The notes: generated by a model not told the origin, from the sequence alone. DNA of 38,334 bases from an uncultured archaeon (GCA_964551725.1 CAZKED010000008.1:1-38334), one strand, 5' to 3'. Shown: positions 16,144 to 25,510, numbered from the stretch's first letter. Program-made: numbers and translations.

Positions 16144-16899
16144 ATGGAGAAAGGGGGTATTCTAAAAATAAACTACACAGGCAGGGAAAAATCCAGCGGG
16201 GAAGTGTTTGACACCACGCTCGAGAAAGAAGCGGTGAAAGCGGGAATTTTTGACAAAAACAGGAAATATGCGCCAATAGTGGTCGTTGCAGGCGAAGGCG
16301 ACCTGCTCCCTGCACTGGACAGCATTCTTACGAAAATGAAAAAAGGCGAAAAGAGAACAGTTTCACTCAAGCCAGGCGAGGCGTTCGGGGAAAGAAACCC
16401 CAAGCTCGCAAAAATGGTTCCGTTGCAGGAATTTAGGAAGCGCGACATAAAGCCTTTTCCCGGACTGATCGTGGAATTGAACAACCTGCACGGAAGAGTG
16501 CAGAGCGTGAGCGGTGGAAGGGTGAGAGTTGATTTCAATCATCCGCTCGCGGGAAAGGAGGTTGAGTTCGATCTGAGCGTGGAGGATGAAATCACTGACA
16601 GGAAAGAAAAGGTGGAAGCGCTGTTCGGCAAATTCTTCCAGCTGCCGGAGGGAAAGGGAAAGCTCGAGGTAAAGGAATCGGAAGTAAGGGTGAGCATTCC
16701 GTCTGAATTCGCCCTTGCCGCAGCGCAGTTCAAGAAGCCCTTCAGCGAGCAGGTATTGAAGCACATCAAGGGCATTAAAAAGGTCAAATTCGAGGAAGAA
16801 TTTTTACCGGAAAAAGAAAAAGAAAAGGACATGAAAAAATCCGGGGAAAAGGAAAAAACGCTCGGAAAAGAGCGGGAAAGTGCCAAGAAAAAGGAATAA
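16144..16899 (+). CDS. slyD: Long-type archaeal FKBP peptidyl-prolyl cis-trans isomerase (SlyD-like)
   Basis: YTGR...GEVFDTT, PGEAFGERNP, GRVRVDFNHPLAGK motifs plus the C-terminal extension typical of long archaeal FKBPs. Confidence 0.92.
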   Translation: MEKGGILKINYTGREKSSGEVFDTTLEKEAVKAGIFDKNRKYAPIVVVAGEGDLLPALDSILTKMKKGEKRTVSLKPGEAFGERNPKLAKMVPLQEFRKRDIKPFPGLIVELNNLHGRVQSVSGGRVRVDFNHPLAGKEVEFDLSVEDEITDRKEKVEALFGKFFQLPEGKGKLEVKESEVRVSIPSEFALAAAQFKKPFSEQVLKHIKGIKKVKFEEEFLPEKEKEKDMKKSGEKEKTLGKERESAKKKE

Positions 16900-17013
16900 C
16901 GTGCGCGAAACGCTTAAAGTTAGTCTTTTAAATATTGCCTTGGAAAAATTAATTCATACAGGAAATGGCTCTTCTGATTTTTGCCGGGAGCAAACGAATT
17001 GTGGTGATTTGAC

Positions 17014-17661
17014 TTGGCTGCTGAAAACGAAGACCTGAAAACCGGCACTACCACCGTGGGAATAATAACAAAGAACGGGGTAGTGCTCGGAGCGGACATG
17101 AAGGCAACGCTCGGAAACTTGAGTTATGACAAGGAAGCAAAAAAGATTTACAAAATAAGCGAAAGGATTGCTGTAACGAATGCCGGCTCTGTCGGAGATT
17201 CACTTACAATAATAAGGTTTCTGCGCTCTCACGCAAGCCTTTATGAAACAGACAGGGAATCCGCCATAAGCCCGAGAGCGCTGTCAACATTCCTTTCAAA
17301 CGTGCTGAACGCAAACAGACATTTTCCCTATGCCGTGCAGTTCATTGTGGGCGGGAAAATAGACAAGCCGCAGCTGTTTGAAATAACACCTTACGGAGGC
17401 GTTCTCGAAAGGAACAAGTTCGCAACAAGCGGTTCGGGAACCCAGCTTGCCCTTGCCACCCTGGACCAGCACTACAGGGATGGAATGACCGAAGAGGAAG
17501 GAATAAGGCTTGCCGTAAAGGCAATAACAGCAAGCAAGAAAAGGGACATTTATTCTGGCGGGAGATCTATTTCAATTACAGTAATGGACGACAGGGGCGT
17601 GAGAGAACTGCCAGAGGCAAAAGTGCAGGAATTCGTCAAAAGGGAGACAAAAAATAATTGA
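17014..17661 (+). CDS. psmB: 20S proteasome beta subunit
   Basis: Propeptide ending KTG/TTTVG (catalytic Thr1), GADMKAT, GSVGD, SGSG, RDIYSG; TTG start after GTGGTGA. Confidence 0.95.
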   Translation: MAAENEDLKTGTTTVGIITKNGVVLGADMKATLGNLSYDKEAKKIYKISERIAVTNAGSVGDSLTIIRFLRSHASLYETDRESAISPRALSTFLSNVLNANRHFPYAVQFIVGGKIDKPQLFEITPYGGVLERNKFATSGSGTQLALATLDQHYRDGMTEEEGIRLAVKAITASKKRDIYSGGRSISITVMDDRGVRELPEAKVQEFVKRETKNN

Positions 17662-17773
17662 ATTCGCCCCCCAAGGCGCCCCAAAGGCATTCTGAAAAAA
17701 ATTGATTTGAATTAATTTAAATTAAAAATTAAAGCAAATTGAAAACCCAATCACTTTAAGGACTGATTGTGCA

Positions 17774-19666
17774 ATGCAAACGGTAGATGAGATAAAGGAA
17801 GCAGTCAAAAAAACGCTTCCAAGCGAAGCCCAGGTTACAAAAATAGAAATGGAGGGTCCTGAAATTGCCCTTTACACGCAGAACCCGCAGGCATTCTTCG
17901 AGAACGAGAATTTGGTCGCAAAAACAGCGCACGAGTTCAAAAAGAGGATCAACGTAAGGACCGACAAGTCACTGCTCACAGAGCACGAGAAGGCGAAGGA
18001 GAGAGTAGAGGAAATAGTGCCTGAGGACGCGGGAATAAAAGACATAGCATTCAACGATTCTTTTTCTGAAGTGGTGATAGAGGCGATAAAGCCCGGGCTG
18101 GTCATAGGGAAGGGGGGGCAGACTTCGAAGCAGATAATTCTCAAAACAGGCTGGACGCCCAAAATAGTGAGGGCGCCCACATCCGACTCAAAAATACTTC
18201 GGGGAATAAGGCATCACTTGAACAAATACCACAAGGAAAGGAAAGCAATACTCAAAAAGACCGCTGAAAGAATTTACAGGGAAATGCCCGAAAACAACAA
18301 CGGATGGGCAAGGATTACTGCATTGGGCGGCTTCAGGGAAGTGGGGAGAAGCTGCATTCTTGTTGAAACCCCTGAAACAAAAATACTGCTTGACTGCGGT
18401 ATAAACGTTGCATCCTACAAATCGCCCTACCCCTACCTTGAGGCGTTCCATTTTCCACTGGACGAAATCGACGGCGTAGTAATAACGCACGCCCACCTGG
18501 ACCACGGGGGGTTTGTTCCCTTTCTTTTCAAGTCAGGGTACCGCGGTCCTGTTTACTGCACTGAACCAACGCGAGACCTCATGGCATTGCTGCAGTTCGA
18601 TTACATCGGGGTGCTTGTAAAGGAGGGAAAAGAGCCTCCGTACACGGAAAGGGACGTGAAGGAAATGATAAAGTACTGCATTCCCCGCGAATACAGGGAG
18701 GTAACTGACATTGCGCCTGACATTAGGCTGACGCTGCACAACGCGTCCCATATCCTGGGTTCTGCTTCAGTTCACCTGCACATAGGCGAGGGAGCGCACA
18801 ACCTAGTATATTCGGGGGACATAAAGTACGGCTTCACGCGCCTGTTTGACGAAGTGGACTTGCGCTATCCGCGTTTGGAAACGCTCATAATCGAAAGCAC
18901 TTATGGGGGAAAAAGAGACATAATGCCCAACAGGTATAAGTCCGAGGAAAGGTTCCTCAGCGTAATAAACGAAACAATGCAGCAGGGCGGCAATGTGCTC
19001 ATTCCGGTTTTCGCTGTCGGAAGAGCGCAGGAAATAATGCTCGTGCTGGAAAACTTTTACAGGAAGAAACTTATCGGCGCAAAATGTTACGTTGATGGGA
19101 TGACTGCCGAAGCCTCTGCCATTCACACCGCTTACCCCGAATATCTGAGAGAGGGAGTGAGAAGGAGAGTGCTGCAGAACGATTCCCCCTTCACCTCGGA
19201 CGTGTTTGAGGTGGTGAAGGACGAAAAGCGCGAGGAAATAATAAACGGAAGCAACAGCATAATTATTTCGAGCAGCGGAATGCTTACAGGAGGGCCAAGC
19301 GTTGAATATTTCAAGGCAATGGCGGAACATCCAGCGAACACACTCGTGTTCGTGGGCTACCAGGGCGAAGGCTCGCTCGGAAGAAAAATACAGAGCGGCG
19401 TGGACAGCATTCCGATTACAGTAGAGGGGGGAAAAACGAAAAGCCTCAAAATACAGATGCGCGTGGAAACCATAGAGGGCTTTTCGGGGCACAGCGACAA
19501 AAACCAGTTGACAGAATACATACGCAGGCTGAAGCCAAAACCGAAGAGAGCAATAGTGAACCACGGGGACAAAACAAAGACTGTTTCCTTTGCCAACTTC
19601 GTTTCAAACAAGTTCAAAATAAAGAGCTACGCGATGAGGAACCTGGATGCCAAAAGGCTCGTGTAA
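17774..19666 (+). CDS. fttA: Beta-CASP ribonuclease aCPSF1 / transcription termination factor FttA
   Basis: N-terminal KH domains (KPGLVIGKGG), LGGFREVGRS, HAHLDH, ESTYG, GFSGHSD; 630 aa; usual position after psmB. Confidence 0.95.
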   Translation: MQTVDEIKEAVKKTLPSEAQVTKIEMEGPEIALYTQNPQAFFENENLVAKTAHEFKKRINVRTDKSLLTEHEKAKERVEEIVPEDAGIKDIAFNDSFSEVVIEAIKPGLVIGKGGQTSKQIILKTGWTPKIVRAPTSDSKILRGIRHHLNKYHKERKAILKKTAERIYREMPENNNGWARITALGGFREVGRSCILVETPETKILLDCGINVASYKSPYPYLEAFHFPLDEIDGVVITHAHLDHGGFVPFLFKSGYRGPVYCTEPTRDLMALLQFDYIGVLVKEGKEPPYTERDVKEMIKYCIPREYREVTDIAPDIRLTLHNASHILGSASVHLHIGEGAHNLVYSGDIKYGFTRLFDEVDLRYPRLETLIIESTYGGKRDIMPNRYKSEERFLSVINETMQQGGNVLIPVFAVGRAQEIMLVLENFYRKKLIGAKCYVDGMTAEASAIHTAYPEYLREGVRRRVLQNDSPFTSDVFEVVKDEKREEIINGSNSIIISSSGMLTGGPSVEYFKAMAEHPANTLVFVGYQGEGSLGRKIQSGVDSIPITVEGGKTKSLKIQMRVETIEGFSGHSDKNQLTEYIRRLKPKPKRAIVNHGDKTKTVSFANFVSNKFKIKSYAMRNLDAKRLV

Positions 19667-19678
19667 GTCATTTGGGCA

Positions 19679-19712
19679 TCCAGCAAAAACTGGAAAAAAT
19701 CTTTTTCTTTTT
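19679..19712 (+). terminator. Probable terminator of the psmB-fttA unit
   Basis: Short inverted repeat tccag-caaaaa-ctgga followed by the T-tract ctttttcttttt just after the stop codon. Confidence 0.45.
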
Positions 19713-19729
19713 GAAAAAAATTATTTATT

Positions 19730-19861
19730 TATACATAATTTGAATTTTTGCCCTTTTTTTGCTCCTCCCGAAAATTGCAAAAAAACATAAATATACATAA
19801 GAAAGAAGGCAGCATTGAGCCCTATTTTTGAAATAAGGCGGAATTTAGAAAATATACATAA
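19730..19861 (+). repeat. Three TATACATAA direct repeats at 61-62 bp spacing
   Basis: Copies start at 19730, 19792 and 19853; copies 2 and 3 share the 12-mer aaatatacataa. Confidence 0.7.
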
Positions 19862-19886
19862 AAAAAAGCCCATTCTGGGCTTTTTT
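19862..19886. repeat. Perfect 11-bp inverted repeat (bidirectional hairpin terminator or operator)
   Basis: aaaaaagccca-ttc-tgggctttttt. Confidence 0.7.
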
Positions 19887-19889
19887 CCG

Positions 19890-19906
19890 CGAAAGGTTTA
19901 AAAAAG
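19890..19906 (+). promoter_or_regulatory. Archaeal BRE-TATA promoter
   Basis: cgaaaggtttaaaaaag. The same aaggttta(a/t) core occurs upstream of the PRC-barrel gene (~27018) and the GT3 gene (~31759). Confidence 0.65.
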
Positions 19907-19928
19907 CGTTGCCCTTAGTATTAGTTGT

Positions 19929-20130
19929 GTTAGGGGGATTGAAATGAAGGAACCCCAAGGCGAAAGAATGGCATTGGAGGAAAACGGAAAAACAATGAGC
20001 GAGGGGCTTGCGCTAAAGATGTGCGAGCAGCTCGCAGGAGGGGGCATTTTGCTTCCTGATGAACGCCTTGCCTTCAAAGGAAAAAGGTAGCCACTGTTTT
20101 GTTTTACCTCATCACCCCTTTCCCCCTAAC
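19929..20130 (+). ncRNA. Candidate ~200-nt structured RNA of unknown family (or structured mRNA of a small ORF)
   Basis: Starts ~25 nt after the TATA box. Terminal helix gttaggggga/tccccctaac, nested helix tgaagg..caaggcg/cgccttgccttca, several internal hairpins. Confidence 0.4.
19944..20090 (+). CDS. Possible 48-aa small protein MKEPQGERMALEENGKTMSEGLALKMCEQLAGGGILLPDERLAFKGKR
   Basis: ATG preceded by AGGGGGA and the BRE-TATA; below the ORF-track length cutoff; no family recognised. Confidence 0.4.
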   Translation: MKEPQGERMALEENGKTMSEGLALKMCEQLAGGGILLPDERLAFKGKR

Positions 20131-20199
20131 CCCACAATCCTTTCCTTTGCCCTGAGAGTTACTCATTTCTTTAATTAATTTTTCCTGCAATAATAATGC

Positions 20200-20694
20200 A
20201 TGAAACTGCTTGTTACGGGTTCGCCGGGCACGGGAAAAACAAGCGTGGCGAGAGCGCTGGGTCGCAGGTTAAAGTGCACAGTGTTAAACGAGAAGGATTT
20301 TGCTCTCTCAAGGGGAGTAGGCACATGGAACCACAAATCCAACGAGCTGGAAATACCCCTGGGAAAAATACGCCGCGAAATCAATGCCGAAATCGCCGGA
20401 AAAAAAAGCATAATTATCGAGGGACATGTGCTGTGCGAGGCGAAGCTGGGCGTGGATGCCGTAATTGTGCTGAGGGTGCATCCTGAAATTCTGGAATCCA
20501 GACTGGAGGCGCGCGGCTATAACGCTGAAAAAATACAGGACAACGTTTTCTGCGAGGGCATTGACTACTGCAGCAAGCATGTGATTCGCAGATATGCCGG
20601 GAAAAAAATCATTGAAGTTAGCAATGAGAAAGGAATAAAAGAAACTCTCAACACAATATTGCTGGAACTCAAACGGAAGGGGTTGCTGGAATGA
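20200..20694 (+). CDS. AK6/Fap7-family adenylate kinase (broad-specificity NMP kinase)
   Basis: P-loop TGSPGTGKT, IIIEGH signature, LESRLEARGYNAEKIQDN lid motif. Confidence 0.88.
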   Translation: MKLLVTGSPGTGKTSVARALGRRLKCTVLNEKDFALSRGVGTWNHKSNELEIPLGKIRREINAEIAGKKSIIIEGHVLCEAKLGVDAVIVLRVHPEILESRLEARGYNAEKIQDNVFCEGIDYCSKHVIRRYAGKKIIEVSNEKGIKETLNTILLELKRKGLLE

Positions 20695-21926
20695 AAATGC
20701 GCTTTCTAATTGTTGCGGTTTTTGCTGTTCTGCTGATTTCTGCAGCAAACTCCGCGGAAAACGAGAAAACGCTGAAGGACAAAGGCTATAATTCACTGAG
20801 CGTGGAGGGAACGGAAAAAACGGAGTGCATGGAAGTGGAATTCCTGAGGGAGGAATTTCCCGGTCTCGAAGAGGAAGGAAGCCGCTTTATCGTTTCTGTT
20901 AAAGCCGAATTTCTGCCCCAGATGGAGGGAAAGGCAAGTGTTGACATTTTTTTGAACGGAGAGCACATTGGGAGAATTCCCCAAGAGGAATTCGTGTGCG
21001 AAAGCGGGGAATGCTGGGGCCGCGTGCAGGCCGATAAAGAAATTCTCCGGCAGGAGAACAAGGTAAAATTCTGCGGGAGAACGGGGAAAAGCATTACGCG
21101 CATAAACATAAGCAACGAATCGTTGCTCGGAACGTACTTCGTGCCCGCCTTTGGGGAAGGGGACTTCACAAAATGCATCTTTTTGGAAAGCGGGGGCTGC
21201 GTGAAGGAATACGAGGCATCCCTGGGGGAAGACCTAAACGTAAATATACTTATACATAATAGGGGGGGCGGGGAAGCCTTCATAAGGTTCAAGGACAAAC
21301 GCTCAATAATAGGCGAAAAAGAGGAAAGAAAGGAACTCGCTGATGTGGACTTCAACTTTTTGCTGCCCGCGGGTGAAACCCGCATTATAAGCTACCCTGT
21401 AAGGGTAAAAGAAGCGGGTCCGATGAGCCTGGGCCCCAGCGCAATTTACTATGACAATGTTTTCGGGGAGGAACAACTGCTTTTCTCAAACACTGTCGAC
21501 CTCACTGTGCGATACGCCGAACCCAAGGCAGAGGCATTCATTCTGGAGAAGGATGACGAAGAAAAAAAAGCAAGGGCAAAAGTGGTTGTGAGAAACGATT
21601 CACCCTATCCTTTGCACGGAATACTCGTGAGCGTGGTTACAGGCAGCGGTCTGGAAGTGGAAGGAAATGACCGCCTTGAAATCGCGGAACTCAGAGGAAA
21701 GGGGAGCGAAACCCTTGAATTCAATGTTTACGCCAGGAACGCCGGGGAATTCTCGCTCGGATGCACTGTTGAATTTGCCTCTGGAAAGCAGGCAATTGAA
21801 TGCGGGGGGACAAGGGTTCTCTTCGCTGAAAAGGGTGCCGACCCGGTTATTGTCGGCGCGGCGCTTATGCTCGTAATAGGCGTGCTCATTTATTTCCACC
21901 TGCACTCAAGGGAAGAATACGGCTAA
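20691..21926 (+). CDS. Exported Ig-fold protein with C-terminal TM anchor (BatD/CARDB-like domains)
   Basis: Signal peptide; GEDLNVNILIHNRGGGEA...LPAGETRIISYPV...G...LGPSAIYY Ig-like pattern; C-terminal hydrophobic helix; ATGA overlap with the upstream gene. Confidence 0.75.
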   Translation: MKMRFLIVAVFAVLLISAANSAENEKTLKDKGYNSLSVEGTEKTECMEVEFLREEFPGLEEEGSRFIVSVKAEFLPQMEGKASVDIFLNGEHIGRIPQEEFVCESGECWGRVQADKEILRQENKVKFCGRTGKSITRINISNESLLGTYFVPAFGEGDFTKCIFLESGGCVKEYEASLGEDLNVNILIHNRGGGEAFIRFKDKRSIIGEKEERKELADVDFNFLLPAGETRIISYPVRVKEAGPMSLGPSAIYYDNVFGEEQLLFSNTVDLTVRYAEPKAEAFILEKDDEEKKARAKVVVRNDSPYPLHGILVSVVTGSGLEVEGNDRLEIAELRGKGSETLEFNVYARNAGEFSLGCTVEFASGKQAIECGGTRVLFAEKGADPVIVGAALMLVIGVLIYFHLHSREEYG

Positions 21927-24900
21927 TGCCGGCGGATTATTTTCAGCAGCCTGTCTTTACAGGCTCTGCTTTTTTTCCTCCTAATCTGCCTCGCATAAAC
22001 AATTACCGCAAGCGCCAATAGCGCGGGAACGGCGAGGGGCAAAAGTTCCGATGACATATCAAAAATGGAAAAATAGCCCGACGGGAGGACCGTGCTTCCT
22101 TCTCCTCCGAGAGAAATTTCCGCGTCTTCCCCCCGTGGAACTAAGCCCGCTTCAACCTCCTTGCTTGCACTTGCCTCAATTGCCGGGCTGCTTTTTTCTA
22201 TTTCACCGGCAAGCCAGGCGTTAAAATCACGGGAGTGCCCCAGTAAAGCGCTCAGGCGTTTTATTGCCTCCAGAATTCTCCCCCTTGAAACGCTTTCCTC
22301 CACCTCCGCTTTTAGCAGGAGCAGTTTTCTTCTTTTCATTTCCGCCGGAGCGCTTGGCGCATTGAGGTCAAGGGCACGCGCATAAACTTCTTCCATTGAT
22401 TCCAAAATTGAGTCAGTCCATTCAATCAGCATTGAATTGAAGTTCGCGGAATTGAAGTCCAAGGCGAGAGCGGATTTTTCCAAGGAATCCGCTGCCGAAT
22501 TAATGTCCTGCGTTTCAAATTCGGTCATTGCAGCGGCGAAAAACTCTCCCGCTGAACTTATTTTTTTGCTTATTTCTTCGCTCACAAAATTTTTGTCGAA
22601 GGAACGGGAAATTTCAAGTGCAGTGTCCGCTTCACTGAGCAATTGCTCAACGCGCTCTTTTTTTTCAAAAAACCCGGCGATTGCGTCCTCCAGCACGCGG
22701 TTTTCGGCGAAAAGCGCGTCTTTTCTTTTGCGCAGTTCTATTAATTCCTCTATCTCCGCAGCCGGACCTATTTTTCCAAAGGAGAGAGCCGCTTCCAGAA
22801 GTTCCCCCGCGGAATCCCTCACTCTTTGAATCTGCGATGCGGTGAGTTCGTAGAGGTCGCTTTTTATTTCCTCCAGCATCCTTTTATAATAGGCGGATTC
22901 ATCTCTGAGCACAAGCTCGAAGAAGAGCGTTCTTTCCTCCAAGGGTTTTATACGGGAAAGGGAAAAAAGCGCTATCTTTCCCGAGAGCGAGACGCTGGCT
23001 TTTTTGCCGCCTGCCTCTCGCACTGTGCCCCCTTCCACAAACTCCGGGACATCCAGGGGAAAAGCAATGTCCGCTTTTGCGATTTCAAAATCGAGCCTGT
23101 TTTTGACGGAAAGCGAGTAGAAATTCCTTGACAGGTTAAAATCAATCTCCTCGCTTGAGATGAACTCCGGGGAAACAGCCAGGGGGTTCTCAAGAGAGTA
23201 AAAAATCTCAATTTTTTGCCCTGGCCTTGGATTCTCAATGCAAAAGGAGAGCTCAGAGTCCCTTAAAGAGCAGGGGATAATACGGCTTTCGGAAAGGACC
23301 CTGGCTTCCAAAACATGCAGAGAATTCCTGTTGAGGTCAAAAAAGGCATTTATCCTTGGGGGTTTTTCGCTATCATCTAAAACGATTTTCCTGAGGAAAA
23401 TTGCTTCCCTCCAGCTCGCTGAAAGAAGTTCCTCTTCCCCGCTGAATTCAAGATTTTTTTCGGCGGAAAAATCAAAGCGCGTTATGCCCAAGGGAAGCGA
23501 GTCAAGTCTTACCAAAAGCGCGCTTCCGCTGTATTGAACGCCGATAACATTCCCGGTTTTGAATTCAAGGGGGAAAATCTGCTGCCCGTCAGTCCATGGA
23601 ATTGAAATAGAAACAGGCTCGTCCAGGGGATAAATCGAATTGGTTAAAGAAACGGAAAAACGCGTGCTGTAGGGTCTGCCGAGTTTCGGAACTGTTTCTG
23701 TTATCTGCCTGATAGAACACGAGGAAGAAAGGAATTCCGTGATTGAAGCCCTGAGTTCTTCCCCAAGCGCACGGAGCAGTTCCTCTACGCTTCCCTGGAC
23801 GCTTTCATTATTGCCTTTAATGAAATCCTCCTCGAGGGCGTGAAAACTTTCCCTTAGGCGCGCTGCTTTCTGCGAGCCAACTTTCTCCAGAGCGAAAAGC
23901 ATTTCCCTGCATTCTGCGAGTTTCCCCTCCAGAATTTCCGACTCCCGCAAAAACTGCCTTTTTGCCTCCTCCTCCATACGACTGGAAAAAGCGCTTTCCG
24001 CCCTTAAAAAAGCGCTGAATTTCCGCAATGCAATGCCGCATTTTTCAATTCTTCCGCAAACGGATTCCTCCTCCCAGAATTCCTTGAAGGAAAGCCGTAC
24101 AGCGCTCAAGAGCGGCGCGGTTTCCTTGCTCCCGTTTGCGTCCGCAAGCCCTGAAATTGTCTTCTCGGAGGAAAGGATTCTCTCCTCGCACAGGAAAGCC
24201 ATTTGTTCCACGAGCTCGGATGAAATAAAATCAACAGCTTTCTGGGTTTCGGAGAGCTCTGCATCAAGGGCTTTGAGGGATTTCATTCGCTCTCCCGCTG
24301 GAATGCCGCCGGATGCAAGTGTGCGGAAGCTTCTCTCCATTTTTTCAATTTTCGAGCGTAGTTCTTTCCTCGCCTCCTCAAGGGAATCCATGCTCATTTC
24401 CCTCACGCCGAATGCTGCAGCGCTGCCTGAATCAAGGGAAAGAAGAAGTTCCTCTGTTCCGTCAAGGGAGGAAAACGAAACCGATTCCAGTTTTTCGCGG
24501 AGACCGCTGATTTTGCTTTCCGTTTTTTCCTCAAGCGAGGAAATTTTTTTTGAAAGCGCGGTTCTGGCAGAAGCGTTCTTTCTGAGCAAAAGAGAGAACT
24601 CCTCGAGAACTGAATCCCTAGCTCCCGCGATGTCGGAATAAACGTTGAGAAATTCGAACGTGGGAAAGGAATAGAATTCCTGGATTCCCTCGTTCAGTTT
24701 TGAGGCGCGCCAGAAAAAGGAATTCATCAAATCGAAATAATCGCTAAAAAAGGGCACAAAAAAGTCCTTTTTTTCCTCTCCCTCCAAAAGGGATTCCTTG
24801 CCGCGCCTTGAAACGTCGGAAAAAAGGTCAACAGCGGAGAATTCCCTGAGAACGATTTTTGAAAAGCCCTTTTCGTCGCTCAGGGAATTGAATTTCTCAG

Positions 24901-25510
24901 TGTTTTTCCTCAGCACTGCGGCATACGAATCCGAGCCCTGCAAAGTGCCGCTGCTGCCGTACTGGTTGAGATTATTGTTTATTTCAATGAAGACATCGAA
25001 GAGTTCCTCCTCTTTTGCCTCCGCAATACGCATTCCCCCGAGGGAATGCTTTTCGAGGAGGAGTATTTTGACGCTTAATTCGTTTGCCTTGTCCGCTTCG
25101 CGGAAAGAAATGCGCAGGTTGTTGTTAAGCTCGTTAAGCTGGGAGGGAAGCACTGCAACATCTTCCCCGCTCTGGCAGATCTTGCGAATGTTTTCTGTGT
25201 TCGCGAGAGCGCGGTTGTAGTAAAGCCATGCTTTTGCAATATGGTTCTTGTAATGGAATATTTCCTGCCTTACATCGAAATCGAATTCCGAAAGGGAAAA
25301 ATCAAACAGCCCGGATTCCAGCAAGGAGAAGCATTTTTGCTGTGTGCTGCATTCCGGCACGATTGCATAGCTCTGCGACGCCAAATCAACGCACTCAAGC
25401 CTGTTCTCTATGAATTTTTTCTGGTCCCATGCAATGCAGCCGTTCAGCGCTGCAAAAAGCACGCCGAAAAGCACGCAAAGCGTTACACAATCCAACCAAT
25501 CTCTCAGCAT
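21923..25510 (-). CDS. Large hypothetical envelope protein (lipobox-like N-terminus, coiled coils, central beta domains, C-terminal TM)
   Basis: 1195-aa ORF; FGVLFAALNG-C; C-terminal LLPLAVPALLALAVIVYA followed by a basic tail. Confidence 0.8.
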   Translation of the reverse strand: MLRDWLDCVTLCVLFGVLFAALNGCIAWDQKKFIENRLECVDLASQSYAIVPECSTQQKCFSLLESGLFDFSLSEFDFDVRQEIFHYKNHIAKAWLYYNRALANTENIRKICQSGEDVAVLPSQLNELNNNLRISFREADKANELSVKILLLEKHSLGGMRIAEAKEEELFDVFIEINNNLNQYGSSGTLQGSDSYAAVLRKNTEKFNSLSDEKGFSKIVLREFSAVDLFSDVSRRGKESLLEGEEKKDFFVPFFSDYFDLMNSFFWRASKLNEGIQEFYSFPTFEFLNVYSDIAGARDSVLEEFSLLLRKNASARTALSKKISSLEEKTESKISGLREKLESVSFSSLDGTEELLLSLDSGSAAAFGVREMSMDSLEEARKELRSKIEKMERSFRTLASGGIPAGERMKSLKALDAELSETQKAVDFISSELVEQMAFLCEERILSSEKTISGLADANGSKETAPLLSAVRLSFKEFWEEESVCGRIEKCGIALRKFSAFLRAESAFSSRMEEEAKRQFLRESEILEGKLAECREMLFALEKVGSQKAARLRESFHALEEDFIKGNNESVQGSVEELLRALGEELRASITEFLSSSCSIRQITETVPKLGRPYSTRFSVSLTNSIYPLDEPVSISIPWTDGQQIFPLEFKTGNVIGVQYSGSALLVRLDSLPLGITRFDFSAEKNLEFSGEEELLSASWREAIFLRKIVLDDSEKPPRINAFFDLNRNSLHVLEARVLSESRIIPCSLRDSELSFCIENPRPGQKIEIFYSLENPLAVSPEFISSEEIDFNLSRNFYSLSVKNRLDFEIAKADIAFPLDVPEFVEGGTVREAGGKKASVSLSGKIALFSLSRIKPLEERTLFFELVLRDESAYYKRMLEEIKSDLYELTASQIQRVRDSAGELLEAALSFGKIGPAAEIEELIELRKRKDALFAENRVLEDAIAGFFEKKERVEQLLSEADTALEISRSFDKNFVSEEISKKISSAGEFFAAAMTEFETQDINSAADSLEKSALALDFNSANFNSMLIEWTDSILESMEEVYARALDLNAPSAPAEMKRRKLLLLKAEVEESVSRGRILEAIKRLSALLGHSRDFNAWLAGEIEKSSPAIEASASKEVEAGLVPRGEDAEISLGGEGSTVLPSGYFSIFDMSSELLPLAVPALLALAVIVYARQIRRKKSRACKDRLLKIIRRH

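Noticed and set aside
19679-19700. ORB element of a replication origin (tccag...tggaaa)
   Set aside because: Single copy with wrong internal spacing, no G-string and no adjacent orc1/cdc6; better explained as a terminator hairpin.
19730-19861. CRISPR array suggested by the 61-62 bp periodicity
   Set aside because: The conserved core is only 9-12 bp, flanks do not align, and no cas genes are present.
19956-20070. Type II hammerhead ribozyme (CUGAUGA at 20056-20062; caaggc-GAAA at 19956-19965)
   Set aside because: Two extra bases separate CUGAUGA from stem II, and there is no UH cleavage site or convincing stem III before stem I.
19929-20130. RNase P RNA, SRP RNA or MITE identity for the structured element
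   Set aside because: GAGGAAAA resembles RNase P CR-I, but no CR-V/P4 partner is visible. No SRP helix-8 motif is present. There is no target-site duplication or second copy to support a MITE. An Infernal search is still needed.
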